Assembly: GCA_963665325.3 (NCBI GenBank)
Contig: CAXXWS020000003.1
Span: 32,001-96,000, forward strand
Direction: 5' to 3'
Origin: Alphaproteobacteria bacterium
GTDB taxonomy: Bacteria; Pseudomonadota; Alphaproteobacteria; Bin95
Length of the DNA stretch: 64,000 nt
Positions 36,745-46,204 of this stretch are shown here, piece by piece. Below the pieces are notes generated by a model, which saw nothing but the letters and a program-made list of their open reading frames with translations, did no database searches and was not told the origin of the DNA. Every line of letters starts with the position of its first letter. Positions within the stretch are counted from its first letter, which is position 1. Position numbers and translations under genes: made by a program.

Positions 36745-39735
36745 ATGCTGTCGATCGGCGCGCTCGCCTCGGCGTCGCAGGGCGCGTCCTATTACGAACG
36801 CGACGGCTACTACTCGAAGGACGATCCGGAGCACCGCGCCGCCAGCGCCTGGGCGGGCAAGGGGGCCGAAGCGCTCGGCCTGAAGGGGCCGGTCGATCCC
36901 GACACCTTCCGCGCCGTGCTCGAGGGCCGGGTGCCCGACGGTTCCGGACGGCAGCTCGGCCGGCGCGGGAGGGACGGGGAGATCCTCCACCGTCCCGGCC
37001 GCGACCTGACCTTCAGCGCCCCCAAGTCCGTCTCCCTCGCGGCGCTGGCCGGCGGCGACGAACGCATCGTGGACGCGCATGACCGCGCCGTCGCGGCCAC
37101 CCTCGCCTGGGTCGAGGGGAACGCCGCCGAGACCCGCATGAAGGATGCCGACACGGGCAAGATGGCGCGGGTCGGCAACCAGAAGATCGTCGCCGCCCGC
37201 TTCAGGCACGATACGTCCCGCAACCTCGATCCCCAGCTCCACACCCATGCCGTCCTCGCCAACATGGTGCAGGCGGAAGACGGCAAGTGGCGCAGCATGG
37301 CCAACGAGCGGCTCTACGGATCGAAGATGCTGCTCGGCGCGCTCTACCGCGGCGAGCTGGCCGCCTCGCTGGCGCGGCTCGGCTACGGGGTAGAGAAGAC
37401 CCATGCCGACGGGCGCTTCGAGATCGCGGGCGTGCCGCGCGGGGTCGTCGAGGCCTTCTCGACGCGGCGCGCCGAGATCGAGGCGGCGATGAGCGAACGC
37501 GGGCTCGGCGGCTCCGCCGGCAATCCGCGCCTTGCCGAGCGTGCCGCGCTGATGACCCGGGCGGGCAAGCGCGACATCGACCGCGGGGAGCTGCGGGACG
37601 TGTGGGCGAAACAGGCCGCGGATCTCGGCTTCGACGCGCAGGCGCTGGTGGCCGGCGCCCTCGCCCGCTCCGCCTCGGCGCAGCGCGAGGCCCCGGAGGC
37701 GGGCAGGGAGCGGGACCCGGCGGGTCCGGCGCCGGGCGAGGCCCGCACGGCGCCGGCGGCAGACACAGCGCAGCGCGAGGCGGCGGCGCAAGGGCCGTGT
37801 GCGGCGTCGCGGGCCGTCGCCTGGGCGCTGGCGCATCTCTCGGAGCGCGAGGCGGTGTTCGCGCGCACCGACCTGCTCGCCGCCGCGCTCGCCCATGCGC
37901 CCGGCAAGTCGACGATCGGCGAGGTCGAGCGCGAGGTGGCCGCCCTGGAGAAGGCCGGCGCGCTGCACGCCGTCGACATCCCCGGCGCGGAGGAGTCGCT
38001 GGCGACCGCGAAGACCGTCGCCGAGGAGCGCGAGACGATCGCGTCGATGCGGGCGGGCGCGGGCCGGGGACAGGCCGCGATGCGGAGCTGGATGGTCCAG
38101 GGGCACCTCAACAAGGGACCGCTCACGGCCGGCCAGAAGGAGGCCGTGAAGCTGATCCTGTCGGCGAAGGACCGCACGGTCGGCGTCCAGGGCTATGCCG
38201 GCACCGGCAAGACCACGATGCTGAACCGCGCGCGGGTGCTGGCGGCGAAGAAGGGATACCGCATGGCGGGCCTCGCGCCCTCGGCCTCGGCGGTGCGGAC
38301 GCTCGCCGCGGAAGCCGGCATCGAGTCCGAGACCCTGCAGCGCTTCCTCGCCCGCAACGCGGGCGTCGCCGAGGGCCGTCTCACGAGGAAGGGCGCGAGG
38401 GAGATGCGCGCCGCGTTCGCGAAGACGATCCTGGTGGTCGACGAGGGCTCGCTTGCCTCCACCGTGCAGGCCCGCGACCTCTTGAGGATCGCCAACGCGC
38501 TGCGCATCCCCCGCGTGGTGCTGGTCGGCGACGCGAAGCAGCTCGACGCCGTCGATGCCGGCAAGCCCTTCGCCCAGCTCCAGGCCGCCGGTATGCGGAC
38601 CGCGGTGATGGACGAGATCATGCGCCAGCGCGATCCCGACCTGAAGGAAGCCGTCGAGGCGAGCCTGAAAGGCGATGTCGAGAAGGCGTTCGAGAAGCTC
38701 GGAAGCAATGTCGCCGAGGTGAAGCCCGACAATATCGCGGGCGCGGTGGCCGCGCGGTGGCTCAGGCTCTCGCCGGAGCAACGCGAGAATACCGGCGTCA
38801 TGGCGCCGTCGCACGAGCTCAGGCAGGCGGTCAATGGGCATATCCGGGAGCGCCTCGCCCGCGAGGGGCGCATCCGCGGGCCCTCGATGCAGGGCGAACG
38901 CCTGGTGTCGAAGGGCTACACCGGTGCCGAGAAAGCGCTCGCGGACAATTACAGTCCCGGAGACATGGTCGCGTTCCACCGCCCCTACAGGCGGATCGGC
39001 GTCGAAAAGGGTGACGAGCGGCGCGTCGCGGGGGTCGACCGCAAGGCCCGCGCGGTGCTGCTCGACGACGGCAGGGGCGGGACGGCCGCCTGGAAACCCG
39101 GAGAGATCGGCGGGCGCCGGGGCGGCAGCGAGGTCTACCGCGTCGAGGAAATCGAGCTCCGGGCGGGCGACCGCATCCGCTGGACCCGCAACGATGCCGG
39201 CCTCGGGCTGGTCAACAGCCGCACCGCCGAGGTGGTCGCGATGAAGGACGGCCGGGTGACCTTCCGCCTGGAGGACGGGAAGACGCTGGAACTCGGGTCG
39301 AACGATCCGCAGCTGCGCCATCTCGACCATGCCTGGGCGTCGACCGTGCACGCCTTCCAGGGGCGCACGGTCGACAATGTCATCGCCGCCATGGAGGCAA
39401 GGCACAAGCATCTGACGACGCAGAAGAGCTTCTATGTCGAGATATCCCGCGCCCGCGACCGGGCCGAGCTGGTCACCGACGACGCGGCCGAACTCAGGGC
39501 GCAGCTCCAGGCGGTCACCGGCGAGCGCATCGCGGCGCTCGAAGGGATCGGCGAGGCGGCGCGCGAGGCGAAGGAAAGGGCCGCCGGGGCCGCGCCGGCG
39601 GGCCGGATGCAGCCGGATCGGGGAGCCGGACCGGATGCCGGGAAGACACCGGACGGGCCGGCCTCGCCCTCGAAGGAGAGGGAGACGCCCGCGCCGTCGC
39701 GCGGCCGGGGCGCCGAGAGGGACCTCGGACTGTAG
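36745..39735 (+). CDS. traI: MOBF relaxase-helicase (TraI/TrwC)
   Basis: SYY...GYY, DLTFSAPKSVS, HDTSRNLDPQLHTH, QGYAGTGKT, VDEGS, TVHAFQG. Confidence 0.96.
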   Translation: MLSIGALASASQGASYYERDGYYSKDDPEHRAASAWAGKGAEALGLKGPVDPDTFRAVLEGRVPDGSGRQLGRRGRDGEILHRPGRDLTFSAPKSVSLAALAGGDERIVDAHDRAVAATLAWVEGNAAETRMKDADTGKMARVGNQKIVAARFRHDTSRNLDPQLHTHAVLANMVQAEDGKWRSMANERLYGSKMLLGALYRGELAASLARLGYGVEKTHADGRFEIAGVPRGVVEAFSTRRAEIEAAMSERGLGGSAGNPRLAERAALMTRAGKRDIDRGELRDVWAKQAADLGFDAQALVAGALARSASAQREAPEAGRERDPAGPAPGEARTAPAADTAQREAAAQGPCAASRAVAWALAHLSEREAVFARTDLLAAALAHAPGKSTIGEVEREVAALEKAGALHAVDIPGAEESLATAKTVAEERETIASMRAGAGRGQAAMRSWMVQGHLNKGPLTAGQKEAVKLILSAKDRTVGVQGYAGTGKTTMLNRARVLAAKKGYRMAGLAPSASAVRTLAAEAGIESETLQRFLARNAGVAEGRLTRKGAREMRAAFAKTILVVDEGSLASTVQARDLLRIANALRIPRVVLVGDAKQLDAVDAGKPFAQLQAAGMRTAVMDEIMRQRDPDLKEAVEASLKGDVEKAFEKLGSNVAEVKPDNIAGAVAARWLRLSPEQRENTGVMAPSHELRQAVNGHIRERLAREGRIRGPSMQGERLVSKGYTGAEKALADNYSPGDMVAFHRPYRRIGVEKGDERRVAGVDRKARAVLLDDGRGGTAAWKPGEIGGRRGGSEVYRVEEIELRAGDRIRWTRNDAGLGLVNSRTAEVVAMKDGRVTFRLEDGKTLELGSNDPQLRHLDHAWASTVHAFQGRTVDNVIAAMEARHKHLTTQKSFYVEISRARDRAELVTDDAAELRAQLQAVTGERIAALEGIGEAAREAKERAAGAAPAGRMQPDRGAGPDAGKTPDGPASPSKERETPAPSRGRGAERDLGL

Positions 39736-39816
39736 CGGTCCGGTGCGCAGGACTCGTGCGCGAGGGCAGGGAAGACGCCGCTCCCGGCCTGAAACCGCCC
39801 GTTCAGGAGGCATGGA

Positions 39817-40185
39817 ATGGACAGCAAGCGACCCGATACGGCGCCGGACGAGGCCGGCAGGACGGCGAAGCGCACGCCGCGCACGATCAGGTTCCTCGAC
39901 CCCGAGTGGCGGCGCATCGAGGCCTTCGCGGACCGTCGCGGCCTGACCGGGCCCGAGTTCGTGCGTTTCGCCGCGCTCGCGGCGATGGAGGAGGCGCCTG
40001 CGGCGCCCGGTTCGTGCGACCGGCTGGCCCCGCTGATCGAGCGGACCTTCCGCTACGCCCATGTGCTCGCGAGCGCCATGCGCGGCAGGATGCTCGACGG
40101 GGGCCGCGAGAAGGAGCTCGAAGAGCTGGTCGCCGCCGCCCGCGCGTTGCAGGATGAACTGCTGGGCGACGGCCAAGCCGAGTGA
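39817..40185 (+). CDS. Ribbon-helix-helix-like relaxosome accessory protein candidate
   Basis: PRTIRFLDPEWRRIEAFADRRGLTGPEFVRFAA beta-alpha-alpha pattern; AGGAGG RBS; lies between traI and oriT. Confidence 0.7.
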   Translation: MDSKRPDTAPDEAGRTAKRTPRTIRFLDPEWRRIEAFADRRGLTGPEFVRFAALAAMEEAPAAPGSCDRLAPLIERTFRYAHVLASAMRGRMLDGGREKELEELVAAARALQDELLGDGQAE

Positions 40186-40342
40186 ACGCGGCCGCGGCGC
40201 AGCCCCAGGTGGACTTCTCCATCCGGATCGGGGGCTCTCCCGGGCACATCGACGGCCCTGGCGAGGGCGACGGAATCCCCCCGGGACCGCCGATGCCGCG
40301 AAGACAGGGGCGGTTCCCCGGAGAACCGCGGCCCTATGGAGG

Positions 40343-40469
40343 CGATGCTCTGGAGCATCGCGGGCCGAAATCGGCGATGCTCCAGAGCATCGGGGCCGGT
40401 TCTCCAGAGAATCGCGCCACACAAACCTCAATGATATCAGCGCCTTGTCCGCGCATCTCCAGAGCATCG
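40343..40469. repeat. Array of palindromic sites CGATGCTC-NN-GAGCATCG (two perfect, two degenerate)
   Basis: Perfect at 40343-40360 and 40375-40392; degenerate at about 40398-40414 and 40454-40469. Confidence 0.8.
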
Positions 40470-40558
40470 ACTCGGTCCAACATGCACAGGACGCCGCCAG
40501 GCGGTGTTTGGCGGCAAATGGCGGGCTCCGGCGGGGCAGGTGCACACCTGGCACGACA

Positions 40559-40583
40559 GCATCGTCGATGCGTCGGGTGTGAG
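40559..40583 (+). other. Predicted oriT nic site (MOBF type), nick between 40580 and 40581
   Basis: Inverted repeat GCATCG-T-CGATGC followed by GTCGGGTGT|G; the F plasmid has hairpin-TGC-GTGGGGTGT|G. Confidence 0.7.
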
Positions 40584-41504
40584 AACCGAGCCGCCTCCGG
40601 CGTCGAAAGCAGCACCGACAGGCGGCATTCATGATGGGGGAATCGTCGCCGGGGAACCCGGCGGAGAGGAGCCGCCACGGCGATTTGAGTGGCGGGCGAT
40701 GCGGCCGGAGCCGCGGGCAGTCGTGCGCAGCACGCTGCCGGAGGCGAAGCCGGTGCTGTCCGCACCGGTGCGGACAGTCGTGCACGGCGCAGTGCGGAGG
40801 CCGGTGTCCGGCGAAGCCGGCATCGGCGACGCACGGAGTGCTGCGGCGACGAGCACGGCGCGCAGCGCCGGCGCGAGGATGACGAGGCCAGAGTTCGGCA
40901 TCGTGTCCGGGAGGAATGCACGGCGCGGCGGGCTCTTTGCCAAGCGGAGCGCGGAGTGAGCGCGAGCGAACGGAGGCGACAGGGATTGCAGTGGAAATCG
41001 CCCGCAGGGCGATTGGAGCGGAAAGCCCGGCCGCGAAGCGGGTCGCCCGGAATCATCGCAGGCTCGCGCGCATGGGTACTCCTGGCCAGCAGCATCGGCG
41101 CGAGCACCATCCGCAACATCTGGATCATCGTCGTGATCGTCACCCGCACCATGATGGTCGCCTTCATCGCCGCCGTCACCGTGCTGCGGCGAGCATCGCC
41201 GTCGGTCGCACCGACAGCACGAACAGGGATGCCGATATGGACGACGGCATCGTGACCGACGCTACCGGAACGTTGATGGGAGGGACAACACTGCGCGTAC
41301 CGGTGCTGATGAATGGAACGCTGCTGATGTTGGTGCCGACGACAAGCGGCGGAGCCGCCGCGGAGCGTGCCGCGCGCAGCGCGGCGCGCGACGCGAAGGC
41401 GAGCGCCGGTGGCGGCGGCGGGGTCCGAGCAAAACGAGAGAGCCGCGCCGCCCGCCCCGGTTTGCGGTCCGGGGGAGCGGCGCGGCCCGTGTTGGCGTTG
41501 CACG

Positions 41505-42425
41505 TCAGCCGATGAGAACGGGAATGCCGAGCGCCTTCGCCTTGTCGACGAGGTTGGCCGTGATGCCGTTGCCCTCGAAGGCGATGAGGCCCTTGGGCAT
41601 GAGGTTGAGCATTTCGTCGTTGCGCCGGAACGGTGCGGCGCGTCCGTGGCGTGTCCAGTCGGGCTTGCACACGACCTGGTCGACGCCGTTGCTCTCGGCC
41701 CACTGCGCGGCGAGCCGGTCGGTGCCGGGGCCGCCGCCGTGGACGATGACGAGGTCGTCGTACTTCGCCCGGGTCTGGTCGAGGCGTCGGGCGATGGCGT
41801 CCGGGTCGCGCATGTCCTTGCCGCCGGCGATGGCGACCAGCGTGCCGCTTGGCAGGTGCGCCTTCGTCTCGCGGTCCTTCCGTGCGCGGATGAAGTCGCG
41901 CGCGTCGATGGCGGCGGAGGTCAGCGCCCCGGTCTGGCTCGTGTGCGAGCCGCGCCTCGGACGCCAGACGTCTCCGGTCTCGGCGCGGTAGTGTTCGGCG
42001 GCGGCGTCGCGCATCTGCTCGAAGGCGTCGCGGCGGTCGCCGAGATTCTGCGCGCGCCCGGTCGTCAGCTCGAGTTCGCGGGACTTGACCTCGGTGCCGT
42101 CCTGGGCGGCTTGCAGGTCGCGGAGCTCGGGGGTGAGCCGGTCGACGGAGCGGTCGAGGCGGCGGACCTGTGCGTCGAAGGCGTTGACAATGCCCCACAG
42201 CAGGTGCTCTCGCTCGTCGGCGAGCTGGAAGCCGTCGGGCGCGACGCTCTCGGCGAGGATGCGGAAGGCTTCCCCCACCGCGCCGAGGGCCTCGTCGCGG
42301 TCCCAGACCTCGCGGGGATCGAACTCGCCGCGCTCGGGCGTTGCGCCGAAGAGCTGGGCGTTCTCGCAGACGGTCGCGGTCATGGACTGGTCTTGGCTCT
42401 CGAAGGTGTCGATATCGAAGGTCAT
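41505..42425 (-). CDS. DUF2493 (YspA/SLOG-like) domain protein
   Basis: VAIAGG, IVHGGGPGTDRLA..WA, PDWTRHGRAAPFRRN, IAFEGNG; N-terminal coiled coil. Confidence 0.85.
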   Translation of the reverse strand: MTFDIDTFESQDQSMTATVCENAQLFGATPERGEFDPREVWDRDEALGAVGEAFRILAESVAPDGFQLADEREHLLWGIVNAFDAQVRRLDRSVDRLTPELRDLQAAQDGTEVKSRELELTTGRAQNLGDRRDAFEQMRDAAAEHYRAETGDVWRPRRGSHTSQTGALTSAAIDARDFIRARKDRETKAHLPSGTLVAIAGGKDMRDPDAIARRLDQTRAKYDDLVIVHGGGPGTDRLAAQWAESNGVDQVVCKPDWTRHGRAAPFRRNDEMLNLMPKGLIAFEGNGITANLVDKAKALGIPVLIG

Positions 42426-42917
42426 GATGGATGCTCCCTTGATCTTGGAGTTGAAGCCATTGAGGCGGGGGTGCCTCGCTGTGCCGGATTGTTGGGACAC
42501 GCGCGCGCAGGGGAGCCACCGGGGCCGGAATGAATGGCCCGGCGATGCGCGCGAGTGGTGCGGGCGCAGGGAGCGAAGCGACTGAGCCACGGTCGCGCGC
42601 GTCGCCGGGACTAGGCGCGAAGCGCCGTTTCATTCCGAGTCCCGGCCGGAGCGAAGCGAAGCGGAGTGGAGGACCCGCTTTAGCGGGTTGGCGCACTGAG
42701 CACGTGTGGCACGATAATCAGGCACAGCGAGGAACCACCCTTTCCCCCTGGCACGGTCCCCTTGGGCGGAACGGCCAGGCACGGTGTCCGGGATGGACGC
42801 GCGGACCTGGCGGCGGCGAGTCCGACCTTCGCGATGGCGACGGACTCCAAGTCGACAGCACGAAAAAGGGGCCGGCACCGAAGTACCGACCCCAGTGGCA
42901 AGCAGACGATGGGTCGC

Positions 42918-43388
42918 CTAGAACGGGATGCTGTCTTCGAATTCCCCGGCGCTGCCGTTCGCACGCGACGCGGCGGTCTCGGTCGGCACGGGCTCCCCGC
43001 CCGCCGCCTGCGCCGCGGGCTTCGCGCCGTTGCCGTTGGGCTTGTCCAAGAACTGGAGCCGGTGACCCGGCACGACCAGAATCTCGGTCGAGAAGCGGTC
43101 GGAGTCCTCGCCGTCCTTCGTCCAGCGCCGGGTCTGGAGTTTGCCCTCGGCGTGGACCAGGCGGCCCTTCTTCGCGTGCTTCTCCAGCATCGAGATGAGC
43201 CCGTCCTGGAAGGTCACCACGCGGTGCCATTCCACCCGGTCCACCTTCTCGCCGGTCTGCCGGCTGAGGAAGCTCTCGTCGGTCGCGATGCTCAAGTTCG
43301 CCACACGCCCCCCGCTCGCGAGATGGTTGACGACGACGTCGGCGCCGAGGCGCCCGATGAGCTCGACCCTGTTGATTCCGAATGCCAT
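42918..43388 (-). CDS. ssb: Single-stranded DNA-binding protein with acidic DSIPF tip
   Basis: INRVELIGRLGAD, EWHRVV, EGKLQTRRW, ...EDSIPF; GAGGAG RBS. Confidence 0.93.
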   Translation of the reverse strand: MAFGINRVELIGRLGADVVVNHLASGGRVANLSIATDESFLSRQTGEKVDRVEWHRVVTFQDGLISMLEKHAKKGRLVHAEGKLQTRRWTKDGEDSDRFSTEILVVPGHRLQFLDKPNGNGAKPAAQAAGGEPVPTETAASRANGSAGEFEDSIPF

Positions 43389-43489
43389 TGCGGTTCTCCT
43401 CACGTGTTCGATATTGACGATGGTCGAGCGGGCGGGACCGGGAACCTCTCGCTCCCCATCCCTTCCGCTCATTCTTCTCCCGCTTCCCT

Positions 43490-43645
43490 CTACCTCTCGT
43501 CCGCCGGAACCTCGCGGTCGGGACAGCGGCGGGCTTGGTCGTCGGCGAGCGCGTCTCTCACCGCGCCGACATCGAGCCCGAGCTCGGTCAGCAGCTCGTT
43601 GCCGCCCGCGGCGATGGGGTCGTAGTCCGAGTACGTGTCGAACAT
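43490..43645 (-). CDS. Small acidic hypothetical protein (51 aa)
   Basis: AGGAGG RBS before ATG; MFDTYSDYDPIAAGGNELLTELGLD... Confidence 0.55.
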   Translation of the reverse strand: MFDTYSDYDPIAAGGNELLTELGLDVGAVRDALADDQARRCPDREVPADER

Positions 43646-43761
43646 GGCAGGTCCTCCTGGATGCCGCGCCCGGCAGCGAGGAAGCCCACCTTCCTCCATC
43701 CCGCCGGGCGCTTGCCCGGCGCGCGCTTTCCTCTTGCTCTCCATCGCCACCGCGGGGAGGG

Positions 43762-44910
43762 TCACGCCCACGCGGCCCAGCGCATGACCGGGTTGAAGTC
43801 CGAGACGACCTCGACCTGGTCGAAGCCGAGCTTGGCGAAGACCAGCGCGGCGGCCGCCTCGGCCTCGCTGTCGAAGGTGCCGAGCGTCTCGCCCGAGGCG
43901 AGCTCGATGACGGTGAAGCTCGGGTCCCAGGCCGGCATGCCCCTGAAGTAGCTGGAGCCGTGGTAGGACTTCTCGGCGCACGGGGCGCACTGCGCGGCTC
44001 CCCGCGAGGGCGCTCCGCAGCTCGTACATTCCGAGCGGGCGCGCCTCTCCCAGTAGAGCTTCCGGCTGCGGGCATTCCGGCGCTCCCGGTCCCGGCGCTC
44101 GCTTTCGAGCACGGAACAGGGCGCGCAGCGCGAGCCGCCGTCGTTCACCGGACCCGCGCACCGGACACACTGCCCGGCGGCACGCCTGGCCGCGTAGGCC
44201 TCGCGCTCCGACTCGCGCCGCGCAATCCGGCACGGCTCGCAGGTCGAGCCCTTCTGGACGGGGGGACGCGTGCCGCATGACGTGCACAGGCCGGCGGCGC
44301 GCCGGGCCTCGTCGCGCTTGCGGCTGCGCTCGCGGCCGATGCGTCGGCGGGTTTCCACCGGGCGCCCGCCGTAGAGCTTGCCCTGGGCCTTCGCCTTCGC
44401 GTACTTCGCCCGCTCGCCGGCCCGGCGCTTCTCGTTGCACGACTCGCAAGCGGTGCGTCCCTCCAGGGCCGGGGCCTTCCCGCAAGCCGAGCACAAGCCG
44501 GCGGCGCGGCGCCGTTCGGCCTGCCGGCGGGAGCGCTCGCGTTCGTACTCGCGGGCGTGCTCGGGGTCACGTCGGGGAATCCCGGCGGCCCTCAGCCGGG
44601 CGTCGCGTGCCCGGCTCGCCCGGTTCGTCTTCTCGGCGCAGGGCTCGCAGATGGACCGCTCGGACGCGGGCGGACGCTTCCCGCATTTCGGGCACATCCC
44701 GGCCGCGACCCGGGCGGCGGTCCGGCGATGATGTCGCGCCAGGTCGGCGGGGCGCTTCTTCGCCGCGCACGGCTCGCACTGGCTGCGATGGGGCGCCGGC
44801 GGGCGCTTCCCGCATTTGAGGCATAGGCCGGCGGCGCGGCGTGCAGCGGTTCGCCTGTGATAGCGCTCCAGGTCGAGCGCGCGCCTGGCCTCGATGTCGA
44901 GCTCACACAT
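43762..44910 (-). CDS. Arg-rich protein with six tandem CxxC-x(9-11)-CxxC (C4 zinc-finger-like) repeats
   Basis: Repeated RRAAGLCxxCG..P.....CEPC units; GGGAGA RBS. Confidence 0.8.
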   Translation of the reverse strand: MCELDIEARRALDLERYHRRTAARRAAGLCLKCGKRPPAPHRSQCEPCAAKKRPADLARHHRRTAARVAAGMCPKCGKRPPASERSICEPCAEKTNRASRARDARLRAAGIPRRDPEHAREYERERSRRQAERRRAAGLCSACGKAPALEGRTACESCNEKRRAGERAKYAKAKAQGKLYGGRPVETRRRIGRERSRKRDEARRAAGLCTSCGTRPPVQKGSTCEPCRIARRESEREAYAARRAAGQCVRCAGPVNDGGSRCAPCSVLESERRDRERRNARSRKLYWERRARSECTSCGAPSRGAAQCAPCAEKSYHGSSYFRGMPAWDPSFTVIELASGETLGTFDSEAEAAAALVFAKLGFDQVEVVSDFNPVMRWAAWA

Positions 44911-44995
44911 GGGTCGTTCTCCCTGCCGGGGTTGGGAACCAGACGAAGGACGCCCGACCGGCTCGCGCCGGCCGAACGTTCCGGGAGAGCGCCGC

Positions 44996-45328
44996 TCAGC
45001 CCCGCTGCTTGCGGTCGCACAGGATGCCCGCGGCGTGAGACCCCCAGAGCTGCTGGCCGCCGCGGGTGCGAAGGCCGGTGCAGATGATGATCTCGGTGCG
45101 GGCGGGGCGCATTTCCTTGACCGCCTTCAGCGTGGCGGTGACGCGCTTCGCCCCGCGGCGGCCCTTCTTCGTGCCCGCCGTCCCCTCGCCGGGCCAGGGG
45201 CGGATGTCGCCATCGGCGTACGCCTTGAACCGCTCGACCGCGTATCGTTCATCGGCGAGACCGCCGCCGAAGAAATGGACCAGGAACGTGTCCGCCGTGT
45301 TGCCGGGAATCGCCATTGCCGTCGTCAT
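44996..45328 (-). CDS. Hypothetical protein (110 aa)
   Basis: GGAG RBS; co-oriented with the leading-region cluster; no motif recognised. Confidence 0.55.
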   Translation of the reverse strand: MTTAMAIPGNTADTFLVHFFGGGLADERYAVERFKAYADGDIRPWPGEGTAGTKKGRRGAKRVTATLKAVKEMRPARTEIIICTGLRTRGGQQLWGSHAAGILCDRKQRG

Positions 45329-45517
45329 GGTGCCGTCTCCAATTGCCGCTGATGGGAAACGGCGGAGACGCCTCCCTCCGGGACGTCGTCCGCCGCCCCG
45401 CTTCCGGCCAACCTCTCCTCTCGCCGGCGTGAGGCCGGCAGGCGGCGACAAGAGCGCAGACATGCGGCGCAGGGTGGCGCCGGGCTTGAGCGGCGATATG
45501 TATCCCCGGTCCGAGGC

Positions 45518-45550
45518 TTGCCGGCTTATAGCGGATGCGCTATAAGCCGG
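45518..45550 (+). promoter_or_regulatory. TA promoter with overlapping palindromic operator
   Basis: TTGCCG-N17-TATAAG overlapped by perfect CCGGCTTATAGCG-gatg-CGCTATAAGCCGG; ATG 6 nt after the -10 box (leaderless). Confidence 0.75.
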
Positions 45551-45552
45551 AC

Positions 45553-45876
45553 ATGGGATGGACGGTCGAAACCGTTGCGTCCGTCGACGCCGAGATCGCG
45601 GCCCTGCCGGTGGCGTTGCGCGCCCGGCTGGTCCGGCTGCTGGAGACGGTGGAGAGCGTCGGTCTCGATGCGCTTCGTGCGCCGCATGTCCGACATCTTG
45701 ACGGCAAGCTCTGGGAGCTGCGGGTCAGGGCCGAGGGAGGGATTGCCAGGGGGATCTACATGACGGCGGCCGGGCGGCGGGTGGTGGTGGTGCACGTCTT
45801 CGCGAAGAAGTCGCGCAAGACGCCACGCCGGGCGCTCGCGACCGCCAGGGAACGGATGAGGCAGATGACGCCATGA
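45553..45876 (+). CDS. RelE/ParE-superfamily (Gp49/HigB-like) toxin
   Basis: PHVRHLDGKLWELRV, VVHVFAKKSRKTP. Confidence 0.9.
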   Translation: MGWTVETVASVDAEIAALPVALRARLVRLLETVESVGLDALRAPHVRHLDGKLWELRVRAEGGIARGIYMTAAGRRVVVVHVFAKKSRKTPRRALATARERMRQMTP

Positions 45877-46157
45877 CGAAGCTGAAGGAACTGAAGGCGC
45901 GCTTCATGGAGGACCCGGAGTTCCGGGAGGAATATGCGCGCATCGACGGGGAATATGCGCTGATCGAGGCGCTGGTCCGCGCCCGCACGACGGCGAAGCT
46001 GACGCAGGCGGAGCTTGCCGGGCGACTCGGCACGACGCAGTCGGCCGTTGCGCGGCTGGAGGGCGGGCGGGTGTCGCCGTCCTTCGCCACCCTGCGCCGC
46101 TACGCCGAAGCGACCGGCACGCGGTTGACCGTGGATCTGGTGCCGGCCGGTGGCTGA
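45873..46157 (+). CDS. XRE HTH antitoxin
   Basis: LTQAELAGRLGTTQSAVARLEGG..SPSFATLRRYA; ATGA overlap with toxin. Confidence 0.9.
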   Translation: MTKLKELKARFMEDPEFREEYARIDGEYALIEALVRARTTAKLTQAELAGRLGTTQSAVARLEGGRVSPSFATLRRYAEATGTRLTVDLVPAGG

Positions 46158-46204
46158 GCGCCCGGGATGTCGGCTGGCCGGGGCGTTGCGGGTTCCCGGG
46201 GGCA

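Noticed and set aside
31529-40785. Very long minus-strand ORFs (1016 aa and 1494 aa)
   Set aside because: Antisense to traG, traD and traI; explained by codon bias of the real genes.
40629-41515. Several overlapping ORFs between oriT and DUF2493
   Set aside because: No frame has a recognisable motif or clear RBS, so I could not choose one.
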